64,000 nucleotides of DNA. It comes from an uncultured Actinomycetes bacterium. GTDB taxonomy: Bacteria; Actinomycetota; Acidimicrobiia; IMCC26256; JACDBD01. Below are positions 32,286 to 42,588 of the stretch, in pieces. The stretch spans positions 102,684 to 166,683 of the forward strand of contig CAVYIP010000008.1 of the NCBI GenBank assembly GCA_963768605.1, given 5' to 3'. The stretch's first letter is position 1. Each line of letters begins with the position of its first letter. Under the pieces are notes generated by a model. That model had not been told where the DNA came from. It saw only the letters and a list, made by a program, of their open reading frames with translations, and searched no databases. The position numbers and the translations under genes are program-made.

Positions 32286-33293
32286 TCATGCGGCGTTGGC
32301 CAGGCAGCGGATCGTGCCGTCGCGTAGGCCGTAGTAGACGAGGGTGAGGACTTTGCGAGCGATCGCGACGGTCGCCTTGTTCTTGCCGCGCCGCTCGGCG
32401 ATCTTGCGGTAGTCGGCTGCGAGTTTGCCGCCGCCGTGATAGCGGACGGTGCCTTCGACGACAGCCCAACGCACGAGCCGCGATCCTTGCTTGGTGAGTT
32501 GCCCTCGGTGCACGGTGGTGTCGGACTCTTTGTGTTTGGGCGTGAGCCCGGCCCACGAACACAACGCGGCCGCCGATCGGAAGCGGGTGACGTCGCCGAT
32601 CTCGGCCACCAAGATCGCGGCCATGGTCGGGCCGATCCCGTTGATTGTTTGGATCGCCCGATAGCCGACATGGCCGCGCAGGCGGCTGCGGATCTGCGCC
32701 TCGAGCATCGTCACCTCACGGTCGTAGAGCTCGATCAGATGGCGGAGTGATTCCACTCGGATCGCGTATGCGTCACCGAGCTGCAAGTCGTCGAGTTGCG
32801 CGTTGCCGGCCTGACAGAACATGTCGGACACCGAAGGCAGCACACCCGCTTTGGCCATCACCGCATGCACTTGCGCCTTGAGCCCGGACCGCAACGCGAC
32901 CAGCTTCGCCCGATAGCGCACCAGCTCGCGGAGCTCACGCGTCGCCGGCGGCGCGATCCACGCCTCCGGCAACCGACCGAGCCGGAGCATGTCGATCAGA
33001 TCGATCGCGTCACGTTCGTCGTTCTTCACGCGGCGTGTGCCCCAGTTCAACCCCGACGGGTTCGCTAGATGCACAGTCGCGCCCTGCTCCCGCAGCCAAT
33101 CGACGATCCAATACCAGCCATAGGTCGCTTCGATCACGACCTCGGGGCTCGGACCCGCCTCCGCGACCACCGCCGCGATCGCCAAGGGATCATTAGGCAC
33201 GCGCACCGAGCTCAACTTCTCGCCCGCGCTGTTCTTCCGGACGATCACTGACCGTCGACGATGAAAGTCGATCCCGACATACTGTCGACCCAT
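32286..33293 (-). mobile_element. IS110-family transposase gene (element ends not delimited)
   Basis: ATG 33293 (MGRQYVGIDFH), 335 aa uninterrupted. DEDD-type N-domain and C-terminal IQTINGIGPTMAA...LTPKHKESDTTVHRGQLTKQGS are typical of IS110. Flanked by ~220- and ~290-bp non-coding stretches. Confidence 0.9.
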
Positions 33294-33512
33294 AGGGGCC
33301 TCCCTTCCTCCGAAGAGGAACACGTGTGTGAAGCACCGAGTCTGAACCGACTCGGACCTCACGGGGAGCGGAGGCCCCGCTCCTTCATCGCATCAGTTCT
33401 GAGCGACTGAAGAGAAGGCGTCGGAGGTCTCGGAACAACGGGAACACGGCGAGGGCGAAGTACACGGGCGGAGCGTGAGCCGGTAGCGGCCGCCCTCGAT
33501 CCGGTCTAAGAA

Positions 33513-34151
33513 GTGCGGATGGCCGAGGGCAACACTCCCCGTTCCATCAGTCCGGCCCGCATGACCGGGTTCAGCGACGGCGTGTTCTCCATCGCCGCGA
33601 CCCTGCTGGTACTGGAAATCGCGCTCGCGTCGGGCGACACCGCACTGAAACAAGTACTGAACACATGGCCTGCCTACCTCGGCTACCTGATCAGCTTCTT
33701 GACGATCGGTGCAGCGTGGCTCGGACATAGCGCGGTCACAGACCGACTGGACCGTGTGGACTCGGTGCTTCTGCGGATCAATCTGCTGTCGCTCCTCGTC
33801 ATCGCGTTCTTGCCCTTCCCGACGAAACTGATGGCCGACGCGATCCACCACTCCGACGAGGAGCGCGTGTTCGTCACCTTCTACGGCCTAACGCTGCTGA
33901 CGATCCGGCTGCTCGGCGCCGCCCTTGACGCGTACGCCCGGCGCGAGAACCTCTACACAACCGGCGCTGCCGACGACGACCTAATAGCCGATCGGCGAAC
34001 CCTGCTCCCCGTCCTGATTGCCTACGCAGTCGTCATCCTGGTCGGGCTTGCGCTCCCCACCGTCGCCATCGTCCTGTATCTCGCGGTCGCTGTGTTCCTC
34101 GTCGTGCCGTTCCACGAGATCCGCCGCATGTTCTCCCGTCAATCAAACTGA
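33513..34151 (+). CDS. TMEM175/DUF1211-family membrane protein (putative K+ channel)
   Basis: 212-aa ORF (GTG 33513 or ATG 33519). RMTGFSDGVFSIAATLLVLE signature and multiple TM helices. Confidence 0.8.
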   Translation: MRMAEGNTPRSISPARMTGFSDGVFSIAATLLVLEIALASGDTALKQVLNTWPAYLGYLISFLTIGAAWLGHSAVTDRLDRVDSVLLRINLLSLLVIAFLPFPTKLMADAIHHSDEERVFVTFYGLTLLTIRLLGAALDAYARRENLYTTGAADDDLIADRRTLLPVLIAYAVVILVGLALPTVAIVLYLAVAVFLVVPFHEIRRMFSRQSN

Positions 34152-34383
34152 CCCGCTACCAGAAACACCCCATCGCTGAAAGCTTCCATCCGCGACGGAC
34201 TGATCGACGATTGGGCATCGGCGCATATTGCCCGTTCTGGTGCGAGGTCGCTAACACTGATGAGCTGATGGCCTCGCATGGAGGCGTCCCGAAAATGTTC
34301 CTAGGAGCCGCCGAACAGATCGGCGGTCATGCGCCTGTCTCCCCGACCCCTGCCTGACTTCATATGACGTCGAACGATCTCGG

Positions 34384-35079
34384 CTACGTCACCGACTTCG
34401 CCGCGGTCTGGATCAGGCCGGCAACCTCGTCGGGGTGCGAAACCATCCCTACATGACCTGACACGAGCTCCGAGGTAGTGGCGCCCATGCGCTTGGCGAA
34501 GAGACGCTCGACGTCGGGCGGGATCACCTCGTCGTTCTGTGCGACCGCGTACCAGGTGGGAACGTCGTTCTTCCACGCAGGGGTCCCCATCACTTCCTCG
34601 AGGGCGGCCGCGGGGAGAGGCTGCTGCACGGCATACATGACGTTCGCTTCGATCGGATCGACATCCGCCGCAAAGTGCTGCACGAAGTCATCTTGGGGAA
34701 GCCAGGCGAAGCCCTGTTCATCGATGCGCAAATGCGCCAACGCCGGAGTCGGCTCACCTTGCGCGAGCAACGCGCCAATCGATTCGCCGGCATCGAGGCC
34801 GAAGCCCGAGATGTACACCAGTCCGACGACATTCGGGGCATCCGTACCAAGCGCAGTCATGATCTGACAGCCGTAGGAATGTCCGGCAATAAGGGTCGGG
34901 CCCGTCAACGGCGCCAGCACCTGCCGAAGCCGTGCGACATTGGCCTCGAGTGTCGTCAGTGGAAACTGCGGCGCCGTCACGTTGTACCCCGCCTTTTGCA
35001 GGAGCCTGATGACGCCGCTCCAACTGGAACCGTCCGCCCAGGCACCGTGCACCAAGACGATGTTCGGTTGCTCACTCAT
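34384..35079 (-). CDS. alpha/beta hydrolase
   Basis: 231 aa uninterrupted. IVLVHGAWADGSSW and nucleophile elbow GHSYG. Confidence 0.85.
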   Translation of the reverse strand: MSEQPNIVLVHGAWADGSSWSGVIRLLQKAGYNVTAPQFPLTTLEANVARLRQVLAPLTGPTLIAGHSYGCQIMTALGTDAPNVVGLVYISGFGLDAGESIGALLAQGEPTPALAHLRIDEQGFAWLPQDDFVQHFAADVDPIEANVMYAVQQPLPAAALEEVMGTPAWKNDVPTWYAVAQNDEVIPPDVERLFAKRMGATTSELVSGHVGMVSHPDEVAGLIQTAAKSVT

Positions 35080-35208
35080 ACGGTCATTCCTCCCCTGCTG
35101 AGACGGACACGCTCATGCCGGCCGACTGCCGGACCCGCACGACACAGATTGCCCGATCGCGCGGGTCCGCGCCGCCGGAGTGACCGCCGCCTCACTCGGG
35201 GTCGACCG

Positions 35209-36732
35209 TCAGGAGGTGCGGGCCCGCAACTCTCTCTTCAGGACCTTGCCCGAAGGGTTCCTCGGCAGCGCATCGACGAGCGCCACGTGCTTCGGGACCT
35301 TGTAGCGCGCGAGCTGCCGACGGCAGTGCTCGATGAGCTCTTCGGGCGTCGTCGTCTCCGAGCTCGAGACGACGTAGGCGATCGGGACCTCTCCCCATCG
35401 ATCGTCGGGACGCCCGACGACGGCCGCTTCGACAACCGACTCGTGCTCGTAGAGCACGCGCTCGACCTCGGAGCCGGCGATGTTCTCACCACCGGACACG
35501 ATCATGTCCTTGAGTCGATCGACGATGTAGAGGTATCCGTCCTCGTCCTGGACGCCGATGTCTCCGGTGTGGAACCAGCCACCGGCGAACGCCGCACTCG
35601 TTGCGTCGGGGTCCCGCCAGTAGCCCTTGAACACCTTCGGGCCGCGAAGGACCACTTCTCCACGCTCTCCCGGCGACACCGGGGCGCCGTGCTCGTCCCA
35701 GATGTCGAGCTCGAGATACTGACAGGGCCGACCGACGCTGCCGAGCTTGGTCACGATGCTGTCCCGGTCGAGGAACGTGTCGCCCGAGACGGTCTCGGTG
35801 AGGCCGTACGCGTCGGCGAACCACGCCGACGGGAACGTCCGTTGGATCCGCTCGATCAGCGGGATCGGCATCTTCTCGCCGCCGTTGATCACCAGGCGCA
35901 CCGACGACAGATCGCGCTGCTCGATGTCGGGCAGCGCCATGATCGCGTTCACCATCGCCGGTGCGAGCCACACGGTCGTGACACGCGATCGCTCGATCTC
36001 GTCGACGACGTCGGACGCCTCGAACACGCGATGGACGATGATCGTGGCGCCCACGGCGATCAGCGAGGTCGTCGTGAGGTCGAGCGCACCCACGTGGTAG
36101 AGCGGGCCGCAGGCCAGGCCGAGGTCGGCAGCGGTGAACCCGAACTCGGCGATGTGCGCGTAGTTCTTCCACGCCAGGTTGGCGTGGGTGATCATGACCC
36201 CCTTCGGGCGCCCGGTAGTCCCGGATGTGTACATCAGGCGGTGGATGTCATCACCCTGGACGTGCGCACGGACCGATCGAGCGGACCCGGCACCCAGATC
36301 GGCGAACCGCTCCCACCCTGCGACCTCCTTGGTCGAGATGCACACGCGGAGGAGGTCGTCCTTCAACTCGTTCGTCGCGTCGTTCGCGAGCTCGATGAGC
36401 TGGTCGTCGCAGACGAGCGCGCGAGCTCCGGAGTGCTCGAGGATGAACCGCAGCTCCGGCGCGGCGAGCCGCCAGTTGATCGGCATCGCGATGGCACCCA
36501 GGTAGTTGGCGGCGAAGATCGTCTCCAGGAACTCGATGCAGTTGTACGAGAGCAACGCCACGACGTCGCCGGTGGCGACACCGTGTTCGTGCAGCCCGGC
36601 TGCCAGCGCGGCCGAGCGCGCGGCCATCTCGCCGTAGGTGACGGTCGCGTCGCCCTGGATCGCGAGCGGCTTGTTCGGCGTGCGGCTCGCGTGGTGCTCG
36701 AGCACTCCGACCCAACTCATGTCCGGATGCAT
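35209..36732 (-). CDS. long-chain acyl-CoA ligase (AMP-dependent)
   Basis: ATG 36732 (MHPDMSW), 507 aa uninterrupted. YTSGTTGRPKG, GLTE, HTGDIG, GKVLKRELR. The 833-aa ORF is read-through into the SDR genes. Confidence 0.9.
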   Translation of the reverse strand: MHPDMSWVGVLEHHASRTPNKPLAIQGDATVTYGEMAARSAALAAGLHEHGVATGDVVALLSYNCIEFLETIFAANYLGAIAMPINWRLAAPELRFILEHSGARALVCDDQLIELANDATNELKDDLLRVCISTKEVAGWERFADLGAGSARSVRAHVQGDDIHRLMYTSGTTGRPKGVMITHANLAWKNYAHIAEFGFTAADLGLACGPLYHVGALDLTTTSLIAVGATIIVHRVFEASDVVDEIERSRVTTVWLAPAMVNAIMALPDIEQRDLSSVRLVINGGEKMPIPLIERIQRTFPSAWFADAYGLTETVSGDTFLDRDSIVTKLGSVGRPCQYLELDIWDEHGAPVSPGERGEVVLRGPKVFKGYWRDPDATSAAFAGGWFHTGDIGVQDEDGYLYIVDRLKDMIVSGGENIAGSEVERVLYEHESVVEAAVVGRPDDRWGEVPIAYVVSSSETTTPEELIEHCRRQLARYKVPKHVALVDALPRNPSGKVLKRELRARTS

Positions 36733-36758
36733 CGGCGGCGCGTCCTCCACAGAATCCC

Positions 36759-37505
36759 CTACGGCGCCGCGTAGCCGCCGTCGACCACGATCGCCGACCC
36801 TGTCGTCCAGCGGGAAGCGTCGCTCGCGAGATACGAGTAGGCCCCTACCAGGTCGGCTGCACTTCCCAGGCCGAGCGGATGCTTGGCCGCGATCGCGTCG
36901 ACGGCCTCCGGCGGGAGGTCCGCGTGGATCCCCGAACGAAACGTCCCGGGGCACACGCAGTTGACACGTATCCCGTCCCGCGCGTACTCGACTGCCGCCA
37001 CCTTCGCGAGTTGGATCACGGCAGCCTTCGTCGCGCAGTACGGAGCGGCGTGCGACCACGCGGTGAGACCGGAAACCGACGCCGTGAGGACGATCGACCC
37101 GGACTTCTGTGCGCGCATGACCGGCACCGCGGCGCGGATGCCGTTGACGGCACCGAGGACGTTGACCCGGAACGCGCGCTCCCATTCCTCGGTCGCCAGG
37201 TTGTGGATGCGACCATTCGCAGAGAGCACCCCGGCGTTGCTGATCAGCACGTCGAGCCGGCCGAAGCGGTCCACCGCGAGGCCGATGACTGCTTCGACGT
37301 CCGCGACCTCGCCCACGTCCGCCCGCAACGTCTCGACCGCGCCACGACGCTGCGGTAAGCCGTTCACCGTGGCTTCGAGCGAGGGTGCACTGACGTCGCT
37401 CAGTACGACGTCCGTATCGGGCTCGCCCGCGAACCGGCTGGACAGCTCGGCGCCGAGGGTTCCGCCCGCGCCGGTGATCGCGACGACGCGTCGCCCTTCG
37501 CTCAT
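36759..37505 (-). CDS. short-chain dehydrogenase/reductase
   Basis: ATG 37505, 248 aa uninterrupted. TGAGGTLG, YCATKAA. Confidence 0.85.
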   Translation of the reverse strand: MSEGRRVVAITGAGGTLGAELSSRFAGEPDTDVVLSDVSAPSLEATVNGLPQRRGAVETLRADVGEVADVEAVIGLAVDRFGRLDVLISNAGVLSANGRIHNLATEEWERAFRVNVLGAVNGIRAAVPVMRAQKSGSIVLTASVSGLTAWSHAAPYCATKAAVIQLAKVAAVEYARDGIRVNCVCPGTFRSGIHADLPPEAVDAIAAKHPLGLGSAADLVGAYSYLASDASRWTTGSAIVVDGGYAAP

Positions 37506-38281
37506 ACGAGCAGGTACCCGCCGTCGACGTTGAGCACGGTGCCAGTGACGAACGCCGACGCGTCGGAGGCCAGGAACTGATACGCGCCGGGCAGGTCGGT
37601 GGACGCTCCCCAGCGTCGTTGCGCCGTGTGCCCGAGCACGCCGGGCCCGAGCTCGGGGTTGTTCTTCCACCGGTCGGCCAACGGCGAGTCGAACCAACCT
37701 GGAGCGACAACGTTCACGGTGATGGCCGAGGGCGCGAGATCGAGCGCGAGACCCTTCGCCATGCCGACGAGGCCGGCCTTCGACGCGCTGTACGCAGCGA
37801 GCCCTTCGCGCGGCCGCTCCCCCAGGACCGAGCCGGTGAAGATCAGGCGCCCGCCCTCGCGCATCACCCGGGCGGCGGCGCGGGCCCCGAGGAACGCCCC
37901 CGTGAGGTTCACCTCGAGAACCTCCCGCCAGACCGACGGATCGGTCCCGCGCGGTCCGGCCAGGACGGGCGAGATCCCCGCGTTGCAGATCCAAACGTCG
38001 ACGCCGCCCCATTCGGCGACGGTGGCATCGGCGACCGCCTCGTTGAACTCCCCGTCGGTCACGTCGCCGCTGAGCACGAGGGATGGTCCGGGAAGCTCTG
38101 CGGCGACCGTCTTCAGGTCGGTCTCCGTCCGTGCCACCAGCGCCACCCGCGCGCCGCCCTGCGAGAAGGCATGCGCGAGCACCCGACCGAGTCCCCGGCT
38201 GGCGCCGGTGATCACCACACGCTTCGCGGTCACGTCCGCAACACCAGCGAAGGACGCGGGGATGTCGATCTGGTCGGGCAT
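37502..38281 (-). CDS. short-chain dehydrogenase/reductase
   Basis: ATG 38281, 259 aa uninterrupted. TGASRGLG, YSASKAG. 4-nt overlap with the next SDR. Confidence 0.85.
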   Translation of the reverse strand: MPDQIDIPASFAGVADVTAKRVVITGASRGLGRVLAHAFSQGGARVALVARTETDLKTVAAELPGPSLVLSGDVTDGEFNEAVADATVAEWGGVDVWICNAGISPVLAGPRGTDPSVWREVLEVNLTGAFLGARAAARVMREGGRLIFTGSVLGERPREGLAAYSASKAGLVGMAKGLALDLAPSAITVNVVAPGWFDSPLADRWKNNPELGPGVLGHTAQRRWGASTDLPGAYQFLASDASAFVTGTVLNVDGGYLLV

Positions 38282-38308
38282 CGCCGTTCCCCTTGTGCCG
38301 ATGCGGTT

Positions 38309-38328
38309 TGTACCGATCAGTACAATAC
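38309..38328. promoter_or_regulatory. operator-like site, copy d of the recurrent motif, overlapping a TACAAT box
   Basis: TGTACCGATCAGTACAATAC in the 54-bp divergent spacer. TACAAT (38321-38326) lies 9 nt upstream of ATG 38336. Confidence 0.5.
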
Positions 38329-38335
38329 ACACTTC

Positions 38336-40302
38336 ATGTTCTCGGACGCCGACCTCGTCGAGATGCATCGGCGGATGCTCCTGATTCGCGGGTTCGAGGA
38401 ACGCGTCGCCGCGCTCTACCGCGACGGCGAAGTACCGGGGTTCGTGCACCTGTCGATCGGGCAGGAGGCGTCGGCTGTTGGCGCGTGTTGGCCACTCGGC
38501 CCCGCGGACGTGATCACGTCCACCCATCGCGGCCATGGCCACTGCCTCGCGAAGGGTCTGGACGCGCTCGGGATGTTCGCCGAGCTGATGGGCAAGGACG
38601 CGGGCACGAATCGCGGGCGCGGGGGCTCGATGCACATCGCCGATCCGACGATCGGCATCTTCGGCGCCAACGGGATCGTGGCCGCCGGCCTGCCGATCGC
38701 GGCGGGTGCCGCGACGGCGGCGCAGCTCCGAGCCGACGGCAGCGTGGCGGTCGCGTTCTTCGGCGACGGCGCGGTCGCCCACGGCACCTTGCACGAAGCG
38801 ATCAACCTCGCCGCCGTCTGGCGGTTGCCGGTGATCTTCTTCTGCGAGAACAACGGCTACGCCGAGTTCTCGCCCGCATCGGACCCAGCACGCGGCGCCG
38901 CTCGAGCGGCGCGCCGCCGGCTACGGCGTCGACTACGTCGCCGTGGACGGGAACGACGTCGTGGCGACCGCAGCCGCGATGACTTCAGCAATCGAGGCGA
39001 CTCGCACCGGACAGCGGTCCCGTCGTCGTCGAGGCCGCCACCTATCGCTGGCACGGTCACTACGAGGGCGACCCGGAGCGTTACCGATCGCCCGACGAAG
39101 TTCTGGAGTGGGAAGCCCGCGATCCGCTGCTCGTCAGCGCGCGCGGGCTCCGATCAGCGGGCATTTCCGCCGATGCGATCCGCTCGATGGAGTCGTCGGT
39201 CGCGCACGAGCTCGACGATGCCGTCGAGGAAGCTCGGCGCTTGACGACTCCGGCGGTCGCCACGCTGACCGACTTCGTCGCCCGGCCGAGACCCGAACGC
39301 GCCGAGCCGCCGGCGCCGGCCGCCGATGCCCCGGTGTTCCGCACCATGGATGCGATCCGAGCCGCGCTCGAAGCGGAGCTCGCCGGCGACGAGCGCGTCT
39401 TCATCGCGGGGATCGACGTCGCGGCCGGAGGCAACGTGTTCGGCCTGACGCGCGGCCTGCACGACCGCTTCGGCGATCGCGTCCGCGACACCCCCATCTC
39501 CGAGAGCGCGATCATCGGCCTCGGCGTCGGCGCCGCGATGGCCGGGATGCGCCCCGTGGTCGAGCTGATGTACCTCGACTTCGTCGGCGTCTGCCTCGAC
39601 CAGCTGCTCAACCAGGCCGCGAAGCTGCCGTTCATGACCGGCGGCACCGCGCAGATGGCCCTCACGGTGCGGACCCAGTTCGGCGCGGGGCGCTCCTCGG
39701 GAAGCCAGCACTCGCAGAGCCTCGAGGCGCTGCTCGCGCACATCCCCGGCCTGAGCGTCGTCATGCCGTCGACACCGGCCGACACGTACGGGTTGCTGCG
39801 TGCCGCGATCCAGGACCCGAACCCGGTCGTCTTCATCGAGAACCGGTTGCTCTACGGCATGAAAGGACCTCAGCCGCCGGCCGACCACGTCGTCCCGATC
39901 GGGGCGCCGGCCGTCGTGCACCCCGGAAACGACCTCACCGTCGTGTCGGTCTCACGGATGGTGCACGAGGCGGTCGCCGCGGCCGAGCGCCTCGCCGGCG
40001 AAGGCATCTCCGTCGAGGTGATCGACCTGCGAACCGTCGCACCGCTCGACATGACGCCGATCCTCGACTCCGTGCACAAGACCAACCGGCTCGTGATCGC
40101 GCACGAGGCCGTCGTCCCGTTCGGCATCGGCGCCGAGATCGCGGCCACCGTCGCCCGCGAGGCCTTCTGGGACCTCGACGCGCCGATCCAACGGATCGGC
40201 GCCGCACCGACTCCCCCGCCGTACGCACCCGACCTCGAAGGCGCGTGGCTGCCCGACCGCGACGACATCGCCGACACGATCCGCCGCCTCGCCGCCGTCT
40301 GA
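38336..40302 (+). pseudogene. fused 2-oxoacid/acetoin dehydrogenase E1 alpha-beta (ThDP-dependent; frame-disrupted)
   Basis: ATG 38336. Alpha part (GFVHLSIGQEA, FGDGA, YRWHGH) runs without a stop into the beta part (VFIAGIDVA...TPISESAIIG...). Frame switches near ~38880 and ~39010. Confidence 0.8.
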
Positions 40303-40304
40303 GC

Positions 40305-41452
40305 TCAGCAGCCCAACGCGCGCGCGATCACCAGGTGCTGGATCTCGTTCGTGCCTTCGCCGATCTCGAGGACCTTCGCATCGCAGTAGAAGCGCGCCAC
40401 CGGCGACTCGAGCATGTAGCCGAGGCCGCCGTGGATCTGCACGGCTTCGGATGCCGCCCACGTCGCGACGCGACTGGCCTTGAGCTTCGCCATCGCCGCC
40501 TCCTTGAGGAAGGGCTGGCCCGTGTCCCGTAGGTGCGCGGCGCGATAGGTGAGCCACCGCGCCGCCTCCAGCTCGGTGGCGATGTCGGCGACCTTGAACT
40601 GGATCGCCTGGAACTTCGAGATGGGTTGGCCGAACTGCTCGCGCTGTCGGGCGTAGTCGGTCGCCATGTCCAGCACGGCCTGCGTCAGGCTGAGCGACAA
40701 GGCGGCGATCGAGATGCGGCCCACCTCGAGCGTGCGCAGGAACTGGTTGAGTCCCAGGTCGCGGTCACCGATGAGGTGATCGTCGGCGACCCAGACGTCG
40801 TCGAAGAACAGCTCGCGGGTGTCGAGGCCCCGCCAGCCGATGCCGTGCATCTTCGGGCCCATCGTGAAGCCGGGCGTGTCCTTCTCTACAACGAAGGTCG
40901 CGAAGTTCGACGCCTCCCCCTCGGCCGACTCGGTGCGCGCGAGCAGCGTCACGCCGAAGGACATGTCCGTGCCGGCGTTGGAGATGAACGTCTTCCGACC
41001 GTTGATCACCCAACCGCCATCGCGGGGTACCGCGAGCGTGCGGATGCCGCGCGCGTCGGAACCCGCATCGGGCTCGGTCAATCCGAACGCGCCGAGGGCG
41101 CGTCCCTCGGCCAGCGGCCTCAGCCACCGCTCCCGCTGCGCGTCGTTGCCGAACAGGTACAGCGGCAACGAACCGATGGTCACGTGCGCCTGCCACGCCG
41201 ACGCGACCGACTGGTCGGCCAGGCCGATCTGCTCCATCGCCGCCACGAAGCCGACCGTCGACATGCCGATGCCACCCCACTTCTCGGGGATCAGCATGCC
41301 GAGCAGGCCCAAGGCGCCCATCTCGCGCAGCAGGTCGGTCGGGCACCGCTCCTCTTCCCACGCCGCGGGGCGCGCCCGGCGATCTCCTTCTGCGCGAAGT
41401 CGCGACAGAGGCCCACCAGATCGCGTTCCGACTCGGTGAGCGAGAAGTCCAC
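40305..41452 (-). pseudogene. acyl-CoA dehydrogenase (frame-disrupted near 5' end)
   Basis: GTG 41452 (VDFSLTESERDL). 338-aa main fragment with GLTEPDAGSD and EGTNEIQ. One switch near ~41365 in a C-run. Confidence 0.85.
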
Positions 41453-41487
41453 GGGCGGATCCTATTGGACCGCTCGGTACAGGCCTC

Positions 41488-42411
41488 TCAGCAGATCTTC
41501 GAGAGCGTCGCGTACGGGTCGACGGCGGGACCGCCCCCGGGGTGGATCTCGAAATGCAAGTGCGGCCCGGTCGCGTCGCCGGTCGCGCCCAGCTTGCCGA
41601 TGACCTCGCCCGGGCTCACGTGGCGCGGCGGGCCCACGTACGCGGACAAGTGGAAGTAGACGTACTTGTTCCCATCGTCGCCGGCGATGTACGCACCCAT
41701 CCCGCCGGCGCCGCCGTTGCCGTAGGTGACGTTGCCGCTCACCACCGCGAGCTCGGGGATGCCCATCGGCGCGTGCATGTCGATGCCCTCGTGGGTGCGC
41801 CCTCCGGGGCGGGGCCGGCCGAAGTCGTCGGTGAACGCGGCGCCGGGCACCGGGCACGCCATCCCGTCGATGATCTCCACCGGACCTCCCGCAGCGGCCG
41901 CGGCGAAGCTGGCGTCCATCCCGTTGAGCTGGTCGAGCGCGCCCTGCTGCTCTTTCTGCCGGTCGGCGAGCTGGTCGCGCTGGGCGGTGAGCTGGGCGTT
42001 CACCGCGCCGATCTCGTCGGCCAAGTGATCGTCGGCCTCGTTGGCCCGGTCGAGCAGTGCGGTCGAACGCGCGCCCTCGGTCGGGTTCTTCGCCTCGAAC
42101 AGCACCCCGAGGTCGGCGCCCGCGTTCTTGTATGCGACCGCTGCCCGCCGCTGCGCGATCGGTGCGCAGCTGGGCCCGACGCGCCTCCCCCTCCTGGATT
42201 TTCTGGTCGAGGGCGGCGATCTGGTCGTCGATCAGGTGGTAGCGAGTTTCGATGTCCGCGTACTGGGCCGCGGCGGCGGCATTGGCATCCCGCTGGGGGT
42301 TGGGGGCGGGCTGACCGGCCGCCGGGCGCGCCAGGAGCGCGATCCCGGCGGCCGCCACCGCGCAGATCGCGACGAGAACGCGCCAAACCGGCGCAAGTTG
42401 GCCCACTCGCA
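41488..42411 (-). pseudogene. secreted M23-family metallopeptidase with coiled-coil N-region (frame-disrupted)
   Basis: N-terminal TM/signal segment WRVLVAICAVAAAGIALL, coiled-coil, then HEGIDMHAP...GPHLHFEI. One switch near ~42150. Start approximate. Confidence 0.75.
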
Positions 42412-42588
42412 CGAGCGGGGACGCTAGCGAGCGCAGCTGTCCGCATGCAACGCAGAGGCGACAAGATGCGCGCCCGGGGTCTGCCGGAGCCCTTCGGATC
42501 CGGATACGAGACCCGGGACCGGGTCGGCGGTCGGGCCGGGCCTGACCGTCGCTGGGCTGTTCGACCGGCGCCTCGGGGACGCCCCGGG

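Noticed and set aside
34675-36774. 699-aa plus-strand ORF. Similar long ORFs at 41542-43869 (+), 24958-26904 (+), 18110-19417 (+) and 62515-63981 (-).
   Set aside because: All lie antisense to genes with clear family motifs, have low-complexity R/A/G/P-rich translations and show no motifs. Treated as high-GC shadow ORFs.
36733-37710. Read-through making an 833-aa acyl-CoA ligase ORF
   Set aside because: Ligase homology begins at MHPDMSW (36732). The upstream part is an alternative frame of two well-supported SDR genes.
42412-42588. Possible c-di-AMP (ydaO-type) riboswitch upstream of the M23 peptidase, as seen before some actinobacterial cell-wall hydrolases
   Set aside because: I could not find the conserved motif segments as I remember them (for example the ACGGGGA and GGGGUGAAUC-type boxes) on the minus strand. 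The region is just GC-rich leader.
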